The notes under the pieces were generated by a model. The model did not search any database, had not been told where the DNA came from, and saw only the letters and a list, made by a program, of their open reading frames with translations. The position numbers and the translations under genes were made by a program. From an uncultured Bacteroidota bacterium (GTDB lineage Bacteria; Bacteroidota; Bacteroidia; Chitinophagales; Chitinophagaceae), in assembly GCA_903821975.1 (NCBI GenBank), contig CAIJNJ010000021.1, positions 1-63,939 of the forward strand: 63,939 bases of DNA. The letters are read 5' to 3'. Position 1 is the first letter of the stretch. Each line of letters opens with the position of its first letter. Shown in pieces: positions 10,061 through 19,654 of the stretch.

Positions 10061-10127
10061 GATCGTCATCTCATAATTTGGCCCTTAAACTATAGAAATT
10101 CCTCGTACCTCGGAGAGAATGTGGTTG

Positions 10128-11126
10128 TTAACCGAGGTCTATTTCTGTATTGTCACCGATATTGAGGCTTTGGCTGAGGCCGCGCACGTAGGCGTCGTTG
10201 CCGATAATGGAGGAGTTAAGCACTACCTGTTGCAGCTCGGCATAGGAGCCAATGATAGAGTCGCGCACAATAGATGATTCCATCTTGGTATACTCGCCTA
10301 TGGTGACATTAGGACCTATGATGCAGTGGCGTATGGTGCAGCCCTCGGCTATGCTTACGGGCGGTATGATAACAGTAGTATCGAATGAGGGTGTTTCCTT
10401 TTGCGGGTTCTCGTCATCCATCTGCTTCAGCAGTATGGCGTTGGTAGAAAGCAGAGATTCCTTCTTGCCACAGTCGAACCAGTTATTGACGCGGAAAGCA
10501 TGGAACTTGATACCATCCTCTATCATGTGCTGGAGGGCATTGGTAAGGTGGTATTCGCCGTTCTCATCGGCGGTATTATGCAGGTGCTTTTCGAGCGCTG
10601 CATACATGGCGGTGGTCTCCTTTATATAGTAGATGCCCACCATAGCCATATTAGACTTAGGTATCAGCGGCTTCTCCACCATACGGATGACCACGTCCTT
10701 ATCATTGAGCTCGGCTACACCAAAGCTGCGGGGATCATCTACTTTGCGTACCCCTATCTGTGATACATCACTGTTGAGTATATCTTTTACATTGTAATCG
10801 CATACGGTATCACCGAGTACGATCATGACCTCATCATTATTCACCGCCTCACGTGTGAGCCATATAGCATGGCCGGTACCGCGGCGGTCGTTCTGGGTAA
10901 CAAAGGTATGCTTGAGGTGCGGGTAGGTCTTATCTATGTAGCGCTGTATCTTCTCGCCCAGGTACCCGATAACAAATACGAATTCGGTAACCCCGGCATC
11001 CAGTAGCTGATCTACTATGACACCAAGTATGGTCTTTCCGGCTATAGGGATGAGTGCTTTTGGCTGGGTGTATGTAAGCGGGCGAAGCTTGGTACCAGCG
11101 CCCGCAACCGGGATTATTGCTTTCAC
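10128..11126 (-). CDS. Sugar-phosphate nucleotidyltransferase (glucose-1-phosphate thymidylyltransferase, long form)
   Basis: AGAGTKLRPLT..PK motif, EKP, WFDCG, C-terminal hexapeptide repeats; GTG start. Confidence 0.9.
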   Translation of the reverse strand: MKAIIPVAGAGTKLRPLTYTQPKALIPIAGKTILGVIVDQLLDAGVTEFVFVIGYLGEKIQRYIDKTYPHLKHTFVTQNDRRGTGHAIWLTREAVNNDEVMIVLGDTVCDYNVKDILNSDVSQIGVRKVDDPRSFGVAELNDKDVVIRMVEKPLIPKSNMAMVGIYYIKETTAMYAALEKHLHNTADENGEYHLTNALQHMIEDGIKFHAFRVNNWFDCGKKESLLSTNAILLKQMDDENPQKETPSFDTTVIIPPVSIAEGCTIRHCIIGPNVTIGEYTKMESSIVRDSIIGSYAELQQVVLNSSIIGNDAYVRGLSQSLNIGDNTEIDLG

Positions 11127-11279
11127 AAAAAAGTGATTGAGCGGTAAAAATACTATTTAATCCCGAATTAAAAGGGTACTGCATATGGAATTAATACGGG
11201 CATAATGCACAGGAAACAGGCTGGAAATACGCCGGATTACCATAATCTGATTATATTTGGAAGCTAAAAAATCGTATAC

Positions 11280-11633
11280 ATGAGGAATGACCATTCGAAA
11301 GACCCCATTATTCAAAACTCTATTGAATTTTCTTTGATGGTCATTAAGTATGCCGAACAACTGGAAAGTAACAAGAAACATATACTTGCAGCAGAGATAC
11401 TGAAAAGCGGTACATCAATAGGTGCACATATAATGGATGCACAGAGCTCTGATAGTATGGATGAAGTGATGCAAAAAATGAAGCTTGCAGATAATGCAGC
11501 ACACCAGACATGGTACTGGTTCTACCTATGCGAGCAAACAGAAGGCTATGGCTTCACCAAGGAACTCTCTGTAAAGCTGGATGAGGTAATACAACAGTTA
11601 CATACAGCAATGCTTGCCGGAAAGCGGCCCTGA
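11280..11633 (+). CDS. Four helix bundle protein (23S rRNA IVP / bAvd-like family), divergent
   Basis: S.EFSL...ILKSGTSIGA...AQ...K.KLA...T.YW pattern; 117 aa. Confidence 0.8.
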   Translation: MRNDHSKDPIIQNSIEFSLMVIKYAEQLESNKKHILAAEILKSGTSIGAHIMDAQSSDSMDEVMQKMKLADNAAHQTWYWFYLCEQTEGYGFTKELSVKLDEVIQQLHTAMLAGKRP

Positions 11634-12053
11634 TCACTTAGTGGTATTTTCCTCTGTCATTTCCCCGAATACTTCATCTACCGGCTCCCATAATTCAACT
11701 TTGTTACCGTCAGGATCCATGATGTGGGCAAACTTACCGTATTCGTAAGCCTGCATCTCACCGATCTGCTCAATACCTTCTTTTTTGAGCTCACCAAGCA
11801 GCCACTCCAGGTTTTCTACGCGAAGGTTTATCATGAATTCCTTTGCAGATGGCGCAAAGTAAGTGGTGTCCTTTGCAAACGGGCTCCATACGGTCTGCCC
11901 TTTTTTGTTGGGCTCGTCGGGGTAGCGCCATTCGAATGTGGTGCCGTACGAGTCGGTGACAAAACCAAGGTGTGTGGCGTACCAGCTACGCATAGCAGCC
12001 GGGTCGCTGCACTTCATGAAAATACCCCCGAGGGCTGTGACTCTTTTTGGCAT
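11634..12053 (-). CDS. VOC family (glyoxalase/bleomycin resistance) protein
   Basis: RVTALGGIF, MINLRV, YGKFAHIMDPDGNKVELWEP. Confidence 0.92.
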   Translation of the reverse strand: MPKRVTALGGIFMKCSDPAAMRSWYATHLGFVTDSYGTTFEWRYPDEPNKKGQTVWSPFAKDTTYFAPSAKEFMINLRVENLEWLLGELKKEGIEQIGEMQAYEYGKFAHIMDPDGNKVELWEPVDEVFGEMTEENTTK

Positions 12054-12123
12054 GTTGCAAATTTAAAATTAAAAGTTCAAAAGTAGATTACGACTATATT
12101 AAATGATATGCGGAACAGGTCTA

Positions 12124-12156
12124 AAAATATAAAGTTCCGGATTTCCGGAACTTTAT
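12124..12156 (-). terminator. Intrinsic terminator after the paralog pair
   Basis: 13-bp perfect inverted repeat ATAAAGTTCCGGA/TCCGGAACTTTAT with a T-rich tail on the minus strand. Confidence 0.65.
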
Positions 12157-12179
12157 AAACCATTATTATCCATAACTAA

Positions 12180-12566
12180 TTAATAAATCGTCAGGTCGAA
12201 CTCGCCGAGTTTGCTGTGAAGAGCAGCCCGGTTGGCAGTAAGATCTGATTTTAGGGTCCAGATCGTTTGATAAAGATCTCTTTGGTTAGTCATTATAGTA
12301 CGGTAAGAAGCTTTGTCGGCTTCAGTAGCGGCGTCTTTGATACTGTTTTTTGTATAAGAAAGCACTGCTATCATCATGTTATGAACGGTAGTCCATTCGG
12401 TTTGTGCAGCAGTTGTATTGCCCGCGGCTATGTATGAATCCAGCAGGTTGACCTGGGTAGTAAAATCGGTTGCTGCTATATGTGTAACCTGTGCAGACAG
12501 ACGCTGAACAGATACCACGGTACATACAGCAATAAACAGGAAACTTGCTATGAGAATACGTTTCAT
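12180..12566 (-). CDS. Hypothetical secreted helical protein, paralog 1
   Basis: Signal peptide ending LSA-Q; aligns end to end with 12608..12985. Confidence 0.85.
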   Translation of the reverse strand: MKRILIASFLFIAVCTVVSVQRLSAQVTHIAATDFTTQVNLLDSYIAAGNTTAAQTEWTTVHNMMIAVLSYTKNSIKDAATEADKASYRTIMTNQRDLYQTIWTLKSDLTANRAALHSKLGEFDLTIY

Positions 12567-12607
12567 TTTATGAGTATTACAAGGTAAAAACAGAACTACA
12601 CCCGAAA

Positions 12608-12985
12608 CTAATAAATAGTTGCGTCAAAGTCTTCTAATTTATTATGAATTGCCGTACGATTTGTAGCAAGATCGCTCTTCAGCGCCCAAATAGCGTGGTA
12701 AATAGATACCTGGTTACGAATTAACGCAGTATAGGTTGCTTTATCTGCAGATGTAGCGGCAGTGTTGATGCTGTTCTTTGTAACGGCCAATACGCTTTTC
12801 ATCATTGAGTTGAGCGTATCAAAAGTGGTTTGTGCGGCGGTGATATTACCCGCGCCGATGTAAGAATCCATCAGGTTGACCTGTGTGTTGAAAGAAGCTG
12901 CAGTAACCTGTGCCGATGCATGCTGAACTGATGTAAAGCCTAACGTTGCAATAAGTAAGGAAAAGGCTAAAAGTATGCGTTTCAT
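12608..12985 (-). CDS. Hypothetical secreted helical protein, paralog 2
   Basis: Signal peptide ending ASA-Q; shares TQVNLxDSYIxAGN, TKNSI, ADKA, IWxLKSDL and FDxTIY with paralog 1. Confidence 0.85.
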   Translation of the reverse strand: MKRILLAFSLLIATLGFTSVQHASAQVTAASFNTQVNLMDSYIGAGNITAAQTTFDTLNSMMKSVLAVTKNSINTAATSADKATYTALIRNQVSIYHAIWALKSDLATNRTAIHNKLEDFDATIY

Positions 12986-13021
12986 TATTATTAAATTTTA
13001 CTAAAGTTATAAAAAAAACCG

Positions 13022-14944
13022 TTATTCACTATCTAAGACAGTCGCACCCCCCCTATATAGTTGGGTTTTGTAGCGTAAAGATGGAGAAATAATTTTTTCA
13101 CCCAACCCTAAGCTACTCCATTTGCCGTCAACAGCTGCAATAGTTTGGTCATCAGCCACTATGATATTGGGCCATGGCCTGTCAAAGTTATCAAACTTTT
13201 TTGTTTTACGTGTGCCGTCCAGGCCAAGGATGTTTTTTTGCCTGCCACCATAAAAATGATCCCTTTTCGGATCAAGATTGTTGCAAAAACGCCATAATAC
13301 GTCTGCAATATCGTCCACATTTATAGTATATTCAACATATAAAATAATCTTAATTTCATCTATTCCCGGTAAAATAGATATTTTTTCATGCAATTCGAAA
13401 ACGTGGTTTGGCCGGTCTTTTTTCACGGCGACCATTAAAACGGGAATATTCCATTCACGGGCGGGTTTTTCATTAATTCCGGCTATTTCCGGGAAAGCAG
13501 CCAGAATATTGGCTTTTGAAAAGGCGGGGTTTAGCGAAAAAGGCAGCAAAGGCGTGGTTATTTCCTCCTCTGTCTTTTTGGTACCGTCAATGCACATCTT
13601 GCCACCAAACCCCAGTTTTGAACAGCTATGGTCTAAGACATCCATTGGTCCCTGGCTGAAGTAGATATCCGTAACGGGGTTTACGTTGTTAAGCACATAG
13701 CGGGTGAGCGCGAGGTAGTCATCGATCTTTATGCCGCTTTCCTTCACGCCATCTGTAAGCACAAGGATCTTGTTGAACATCATCTGCCCTGCTCCCCACA
13801 TGGCGTTCATTACCTTTTGCCCCTGGCCCGCATACTCTTTATTGATGGTGGTAATAACCAGGTTATGAAAAACGCCTTCCACGGGCATATTCATATCTGT
13901 TATCTCAGGTACCATGGTCATTTTGATGGGCGTAAGAAAAATCCGCTCCGTGGCTTTCCCCAGCCATGCATCTTCCTGCGGAGGTATGCCTACTATTGTG
14001 GCGGGGTAAACCGCATCTTTGCGATGCGTGATAGCGGTAACATGAAAGCGGGGGTAAAAATCGGGTAGCGAGTAATAGCCTGTGTGGTCGCCAAACGGCC
14101 CTTCCCAGATGAGGTCTTCACCGGGATCCACATACCCTTCAATGATGAAATCAGCATCTGCAGGTACTTCCAGGTCAGGCTGGGTGATGCAGCGCACCAT
14201 TTCCACTTTCTTTTTCCGAAGAAAACCAGCCAGCATGTATTCGTCCACATTTTCAGGTAAAGGGGCTGTGGCGGAATAAGTGTAAACCGGATCACCCCCG
14301 AGCGCTACTGCGACAGGCATGCGTTTACCGAGTTTTTTATATTCATTGAAGTGGCGCGCAGAGACTTTGTGTTTATGCCAGTGCATACCTGTCATAGTGG
14401 GCTCGAACACCTGCATACGGTACATACCTATATTGCGGATGCCATTATTAGGGTCCTTGGTATGTATTGCGGGGAGTGTGATGAACCTGCCGCCGTCCTG
14501 CGGCCAGCACTTAAGAATAGGTAGTTTGTCTAAATCGGGTTTTTCCATGACCACTTCCTGGCAGGCACCGCGGCCATTAATGACCTTGGGCATCCATGAA
14601 GCAAACTTGCCGAGCTGCGGCAGCATGGCCAACTTTTCAAGCATGCCGTTCTTTGGCGCAGAAAGTTTTTTGAACAGGTCTTCAATATCTTTTGTTACAT
14701 CATCGAGCTTGCTAACCCCAAGGGCTATGCACATGCGGCGCTCACTACCCATGGAATTGATAAGTAAGGGAAAATCGGTACCGGTATTTTCAAATAACAA
14801 AGCTTTGTTCCTGTCCGGTGTTTTTGAAATACGGTCGGTAATTTCTGCTATTTCCAGTACAGGATCAACGAATGTTTTTATCCGCACCAGTTCACCTGCC
14901 TGCTCTAAAGCATCTATAAATGCACGTAACGACTTATATGCCAT
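13022..14944 (-). CDS. UbiD family decarboxylase, menaquinone biosynthesis (MqnL/MqnP-associated type)
   Basis: EGPFGDHTGYY, RNIGMYRMQ, MWGAGQMMFNK and GPMDVLDHS motifs; mqnC and mqnD are in the same window. Confidence 0.9.
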   Translation of the reverse strand: MAYKSLRAFIDALEQAGELVRIKTFVDPVLEIAEITDRISKTPDRNKALLFENTGTDFPLLINSMGSERRMCIALGVSKLDDVTKDIEDLFKKLSAPKNGMLEKLAMLPQLGKFASWMPKVINGRGACQEVVMEKPDLDKLPILKCWPQDGGRFITLPAIHTKDPNNGIRNIGMYRMQVFEPTMTGMHWHKHKVSARHFNEYKKLGKRMPVAVALGGDPVYTYSATAPLPENVDEYMLAGFLRKKKVEMVRCITQPDLEVPADADFIIEGYVDPGEDLIWEGPFGDHTGYYSLPDFYPRFHVTAITHRKDAVYPATIVGIPPQEDAWLGKATERIFLTPIKMTMVPEITDMNMPVEGVFHNLVITTINKEYAGQGQKVMNAMWGAGQMMFNKILVLTDGVKESGIKIDDYLALTRYVLNNVNPVTDIYFSQGPMDVLDHSCSKLGFGGKMCIDGTKKTEEEITTPLLPFSLNPAFSKANILAAFPEIAGINEKPAREWNIPVLMVAVKKDRPNHVFELHEKISILPGIDEIKIILYVEYTINVDDIADVLWRFCNNLDPKRDHFYGGRQKNILGLDGTRKTKKFDNFDRPWPNIIVADDQTIAAVDGKWSSLGLGEKIISPSLRYKTQLYRGGATVLDSE

Positions 14945-15047
14945 GCGGCAAAGGTAAGTTGATAGGATGATAGGTTGAAAAGTTAAAAGGTTAAATCGTT
15001 AAAAGGTGCGAAAGAGATAATAGTTAGGAAACGAATGCGAACCACCA

Positions 15048-18000
15048 CTATTTTGAGTGCGGATCTATAGCATCCATTTCTTTCTCCAGGTCTTCCAGGT
15101 TTTTAGCAGCAATTGCAAATTTAAGATGGGCATCTATTACGGAGGGGACGATGTCCGCAACGGGTGCAACATCTGCACCCTGTAAACGGTTGAATACCGA
15201 CCTCAATGATCTTTCTGCAGCTGCGAAACTTTCTTTCCCCTGTGTAAGTTGCTTTACCTTTTTATCCAGCGAATCAATCTTCAGTTGTAGCAAACGGCCG
15301 GATATTTTGGTAAGTTTCTCAATGGCTTTGATACACTGCTGCTCATCTTCATAACATTGATAGGACAGATCATGCTGTTTTTGCAAGTCTTTATAGGCTG
15401 TTTTCACACGAGGGTCCATAATTACTTTGAAGGTTTCTGTATAGACTTTCCCGTTAACGGTAAGACGGGCAGTATAATTTCCGGGCATCACCCATGGCGA
15501 GGTAGCCTCAGGAGCTGTATTTTCATAAATGGCGGAAATGGGATAAGCGGGCGGTACATTGAGCGGTTGGTAATGCATATCCCATAAAAAACGGTGTGCG
15601 CCAGCCTGTGCCGAAAGCGCCTGTTGCGGGCGTATCCAGTACAAAGGAATATTTACGTCGGGAATGGTGTATAAAGTGTCTTTTGAGCTATAATGGCGCA
15701 CTACTTTACCGGAAGCGTCGCAGATGTCGAGTGCAACTTCATTGGTTGATTTTTCTTTCAGATAGTATTCTATCATTGCACCATCAGGTGGATTTTCACC
15801 TGTGGGTTCATCGGGTGGTAATGGGGTGTCTGAATACATACTCCAGCGCACACGATATGCGTTTTCCGGTTTGTAGAGAGCAACGTTTTCTGTTTTCTTA
15901 GCTTTTGCAATTTGCCGGAGCGAAGTGATATCATCCATGATCCAGAAGGAGCGGCCATGCGTGGCTATAACAAGGTCATTGTCTTTTATCACAAGGTCGC
16001 GTATGGAAGTGGCGGGCATATTCATTCTTAAGGATTGCCAATGGTCACCGTCATCAAAAGAAACATAAACAGCGCGTTCTGATCCTGCAAATAACAGGCC
16101 TTTACATAAAGGATCTTCTTTCACCACATTTATCGGATCGGCTGGCAAACCGTTAACTATCTCCTTCCATGTCTTACCACCATCCTGTGTCCTGAAAATA
16201 TGAGGGTGCTGGTCATCAAGCCGGATGCGGTTTACGGCAGCATAGGCTGTGCCTTTATCCGTATGGCTTGCATCCATAAGCGATATTTTGCTCCAGGAAT
16301 TAAGAGACAGGGGTGTTACATTTTCCCAGTTCTTGCCGCCATCATGCGTCACATGTATAAGACCGTCGTCGGTACCTGCCCAGATAATATTACTGTCGAG
16401 CGGTGAAGGCGCCAGGGTATAGATAACTCCACGCCGTGGCATTCTTTCCATTGAATCAGTGCGGTAAATACCAATGCATGGCGATACATCGTAAGTGGTG
16501 CGGGTGAGGTCAGGGCTTATGATCTTCCATGAGTTACCACCATCGCGTGTTTTGAAAACAACATTGCCGGCAAAAAATAGCGTCTTGTTATCGACCGGGG
16601 AAAAAACAACCGGGGCGGTGCGGAGATACCGGAAATTACCATCAGGCGTAATATCCTGCGCCTGTCCAGTACGTTTATCGTAACGGGATATTTTCCCACC
16701 GTATACTATATCCGGATCATTGGGGTCTGCAACCACATAGCCATATTCCGATGCACTGACCGGGTGCCAGTCGCGGAAAGTGATAGCACCGTCATTACCA
16801 CGCGAAGCTATGCCCACAGAGCCGCTTTCCTGCTGGCCGCTGTATACATTGTAGGGAAATGCATTGTCTGCGCTTACATGGTACATTTGCGCAGTCGGTT
16901 GGTTATACCATGAGCTCCATGTGGCACCACCATTTACAGTAACACCCGAACCCTGGTCGCTGGACAACAAGATTATGTCGGGGTTTTGTGGATTGATCCA
17001 CAGCCGGTGATAATCATCACCACCGGGTGCGCCCTTCCAGCCGTTCCATGTTTTTCCACCATCGGTTGATTTCCATACCACCACATTTGCATCGTATACA
17101 ATATCCGAGTTCTTAGGATCCACTTTAACTTCTGCAAAATCGGTACCCCTATCCCACAGGCGCATATCGCTGCTGAGTTTTGTCCATGATTCGCCACCAT
17201 CGTCACTGCGGTAAAAGCCACCGGAATTTTCTTTTGCACTAACTACGGCATATAGCCTGTTGTGGGCTGAAGGCGCTATACAGAAACCTATACGGTCCAG
17301 GCCCTCATTGGTTGTTGGCAAGCCGTTTTTTAATTGCTTCCATGTGCTGCCGCCATCTGTTGATTTATACAGACCGCTTTTAGGACCGGCCCACATACCA
17401 TTCTCCCACGGTGCTAATCTTCCCGCAAACATATCTGCATACACGATGTTGGGGTCGACCGGGTCTATGGTAACCTGTACAGCGCCGGTGTTCTCATCAA
17501 TATATAGTACCTGCTCCCAGTTCTTCCCGCCATCGGTAGTGCGGTATACGCCACGCTCTTTATTAGGCCCGTAAGGGTGGCCCAGTACCGCTGCGAATAC
17601 TTTATTCTCATTCTTTGGGTCAACCGAGATACCGCCTATCTGTTGCCCTTCGGATAAACCGATGTGCTCCCATGATTTTCCCGCATCAACAGATTTATAC
17701 ATGCCATTACCAACGGAAAGGTCGGGACGTTGCAATCCTTCCCCACTTCCCACGTAAACAACGTTTGGGTTTGAAGGCGCCACTGCTACATCACCAATTG
17801 ATCCGGTAGGCTGGCTATCGAATATCGGGTTCCACGTACGGCCATAATCGGTAGTTTTCCATACGCCGCCGTTGTTCACGCCTATATAAAACACGTTAGG
17901 GTGCTGCAAATCACCTGATGAGCCAACCGTGCGACCACCGCGGAATGGGCCTATCATACGCCACCTGAGAAAGCTAAACAGCGATGAATCAGTGCTTTGT

Positions 18001-18068
18001 GCATATAAAAATGTATTTGCAAAAATGAATGCCAGGCATAATAGCAGGCTATATTTTTTGTTGCTCAT
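15048..18068 (-). CDS. Secreted BNR/Asp-box repeat (VPS10/sortilin-like) glycosyl hydrolase-like protein
   Basis: WRMIGPFRGGR start and many SxDGGxTW Asp-boxes; ATG 18068 preferred. Confidence 0.9.
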   Translation of the reverse strand: MSNKKYSLLLCLAFIFANTFLYAQSTDSSLFSFLRWRMIGPFRGGRTVGSSGDLQHPNVFYIGVNNGGVWKTTDYGRTWNPIFDSQPTGSIGDVAVAPSNPNVVYVGSGEGLQRPDLSVGNGMYKSVDAGKSWEHIGLSEGQQIGGISVDPKNENKVFAAVLGHPYGPNKERGVYRTTDGGKNWEQVLYIDENTGAVQVTIDPVDPNIVYADMFAGRLAPWENGMWAGPKSGLYKSTDGGSTWKQLKNGLPTTNEGLDRIGFCIAPSAHNRLYAVVSAKENSGGFYRSDDGGESWTKLSSDMRLWDRGTDFAEVKVDPKNSDIVYDANVVVWKSTDGGKTWNGWKGAPGGDDYHRLWINPQNPDIILLSSDQGSGVTVNGGATWSSWYNQPTAQMYHVSADNAFPYNVYSGQQESGSVGIASRGNDGAITFRDWHPVSASEYGYVVADPNDPDIVYGGKISRYDKRTGQAQDITPDGNFRYLRTAPVVFSPVDNKTLFFAGNVVFKTRDGGNSWKIISPDLTRTTYDVSPCIGIYRTDSMERMPRRGVIYTLAPSPLDSNIIWAGTDDGLIHVTHDGGKNWENVTPLSLNSWSKISLMDASHTDKGTAYAAVNRIRLDDQHPHIFRTQDGGKTWKEIVNGLPADPINVVKEDPLCKGLLFAGSERAVYVSFDDGDHWQSLRMNMPATSIRDLVIKDNDLVIATHGRSFWIMDDITSLRQIAKAKKTENVALYKPENAYRVRWSMYSDTPLPPDEPTGENPPDGAMIEYYLKEKSTNEVALDICDASGKVVRHYSSKDTLYTIPDVNIPLYWIRPQQALSAQAGAHRFLWDMHYQPLNVPPAYPISAIYENTAPEATSPWVMPGNYTARLTVNGKVYTETFKVIMDPRVKTAYKDLQKQHDLSYQCYEDEQQCIKAIEKLTKISGRLLQLKIDSLDKKVKQLTQGKESFAAAERSLRSVFNRLQGADVAPVADIVPSVIDAHLKFAIAAKNLEDLEKEMDAIDPHSK

Positions 18069-18222
18069 CTTGATCAAAAAAAATTGTTTAAAAACATGCT
18101 GAAATCATCCCCGCGGCACAGAAATTTTATCAATCCATTGGTACAGCAGGGCATAATTTTTAATCAAAGCTAATGCGGAACAGGAAATAGCAGGTAATAA
18201 ATTAACTTTTAAAAACAGGATC

Positions 18223-18999
18223 ATGAAAACGGTAAAATATATTTTAGCAGCAGCGATCATCAGTACCGCTTTATTTACAGGATGTAAGAAAGACAGCAGT
18301 CCTGAAAACAACCTGGCACCGGCCAATGAAACTACCAGCGGCCCGGCAGCCACTATGAACTACCAGTTACATTTATTGTTACCACCCGGTGCCCTTGTGG
18401 TATGGACGGCTGGCAGCATGGGAGAACAGCAGTTGAACTTCCAGGGGACACACGTATTCGGAAATATGCTGGCGCACTATAAATACACATCAACGGAAAT
18501 GAAGGAGCAGGATATTTTCAGTAACCCTGTGCTGGGCCCGGTAAGTGTGCCGTACAACTATTACTGGACAGCATCTTTTGATATACAATTAAATTCCTTT
18601 GGGCCGATGAATACGTCCCGCTCAACATTATCTTCCGGTGTGAACGATGCACTATCGCTGAGCGGTACGTGCAATGTGGGAAGCTCTTCAACCACTTTTA
18701 TGTTTGTACCCGTTAAGTTTACGGCAGATGTACCCATAACGTTACAAACCGTATGGCTGCATAGCGTAACCATAAACAGCCCGAATTATATGGTGACATT
18801 AACCCTGGATATGAGCCAGATCACAAATGGCATAACAAGGGAGATGATGGCAGGTGCTATACGAACCGATGGCACCATACTGATCAACAGCAATTCAAAT
18901 ACCGACCTGTATACCATAATAATGAACAACATCCAGAACTATATGCTTGGTGAAGATGTTTCAAATCAATCCATAAGCACAGTGAACGCATCGAACTAA
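18223..18999 (+). CDS. Hypothetical lipoprotein
   Basis: Lipobox LFTG-C followed by KKDSS; followed by a terminator. Confidence 0.8.
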   Translation: MKTVKYILAAAIISTALFTGCKKDSSPENNLAPANETTSGPAATMNYQLHLLLPPGALVVWTAGSMGEQQLNFQGTHVFGNMLAHYKYTSTEMKEQDIFSNPVLGPVSVPYNYYWTASFDIQLNSFGPMNTSRSTLSSGVNDALSLSGTCNVGSSSTTFMFVPVKFTADVPITLQTVWLHSVTINSPNYMVTLTLDMSQITNGITREMMAGAIRTDGTILINSNSNTDLYTIIMNNIQNYMLGEDVSNQSISTVNASN

Positions 19000-19014
19000 G
19001 GGCAACATTGTGCT

Positions 19015-19051
19015 AAAAAAACCGCAGGGCATTGCGACCCCGCGGTTTTTT
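19015..19051. terminator. Bidirectional intrinsic terminator
   Basis: AAAAAAACCGC-AGGG...CCC-CGCGGTTTTTT between convergent genes. Confidence 0.7.
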
Positions 19052-19069
19052 ATTTTTTGGAAGGAAGGT

Positions 19070-19531
19070 CTATGCCCTGTGATGGTCGGCCCTCCATTTT
19101 TTGATCGCCTTTTTGATATCGTTGGGCTTCATATTTTCATTGGCAGCACGCTGGGCCAGCTCCAGGTATTCGCCATCATCTGCAAAACGCAAAGCGATGA
19201 TCTGCCCCGCGGTGAGGCGGCTATCCAGTGGCTTTCCGGTCATAACAAAGTGCCTGAAATTTTCTTCGGCTCTTATCGCTCTGTCCTGCACTTTTACAGC
19301 GAACGCCCGTGAATACCAAAACAGCAATAACAGGATAATGGCTACGAGCAATGGCATGAGCCCGGTGTATAACCACGTACAACAGCCCTGCCCGGCGGTA
19401 CACGAGCCACAGCAACAGGAATGTACCATATTGATGATGGCGAGTACCAGCACCACGAGACACAATGTGCCGGTGAGAAAGTGAAACCCGGGTACATAGC
19501 GATGGTGAGAGGCATAATTTTGTTCTTTCAT
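19070..19531 (-). CDS. DUF6526-like membrane protein with a Cys-rich loop
   Basis: QNYASH.RYVPGFHF, QDRAIRAEENFRH, IIALRFA and WRADHHRA patterns recalled for this family. Confidence 0.8.
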   Translation of the reverse strand: MKEQNYASHHRYVPGFHFLTGTLCLVVLVLAIINMVHSCCCGSCTAGQGCCTWLYTGLMPLLVAIILLLLFWYSRAFAVKVQDRAIRAEENFRHFVMTGKPLDSRLTAGQIIALRFADDGEYLELAQRAANENMKPNDIKKAIKKWRADHHRA

Positions 19532-19638
19532 AACATTGTTTTTTTGTGAATTTACAATCTTAAATCTGTTTTTGTAATATAAATCTATGAAGCTTTAGAG
19601 AGATGCCGGGTAATTTTCAGATTCCACCCCCCAAACAT

Positions 19639-19646
19639 TACCTTTG
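19639..19646 (+). promoter_or_regulatory. Bacteroidota -7 promoter box of gltX
   Basis: TACCTTTG, 8 nt upstream of the ATG. Confidence 0.7.
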
Positions 19647-19654
19647 CAGCGCTT

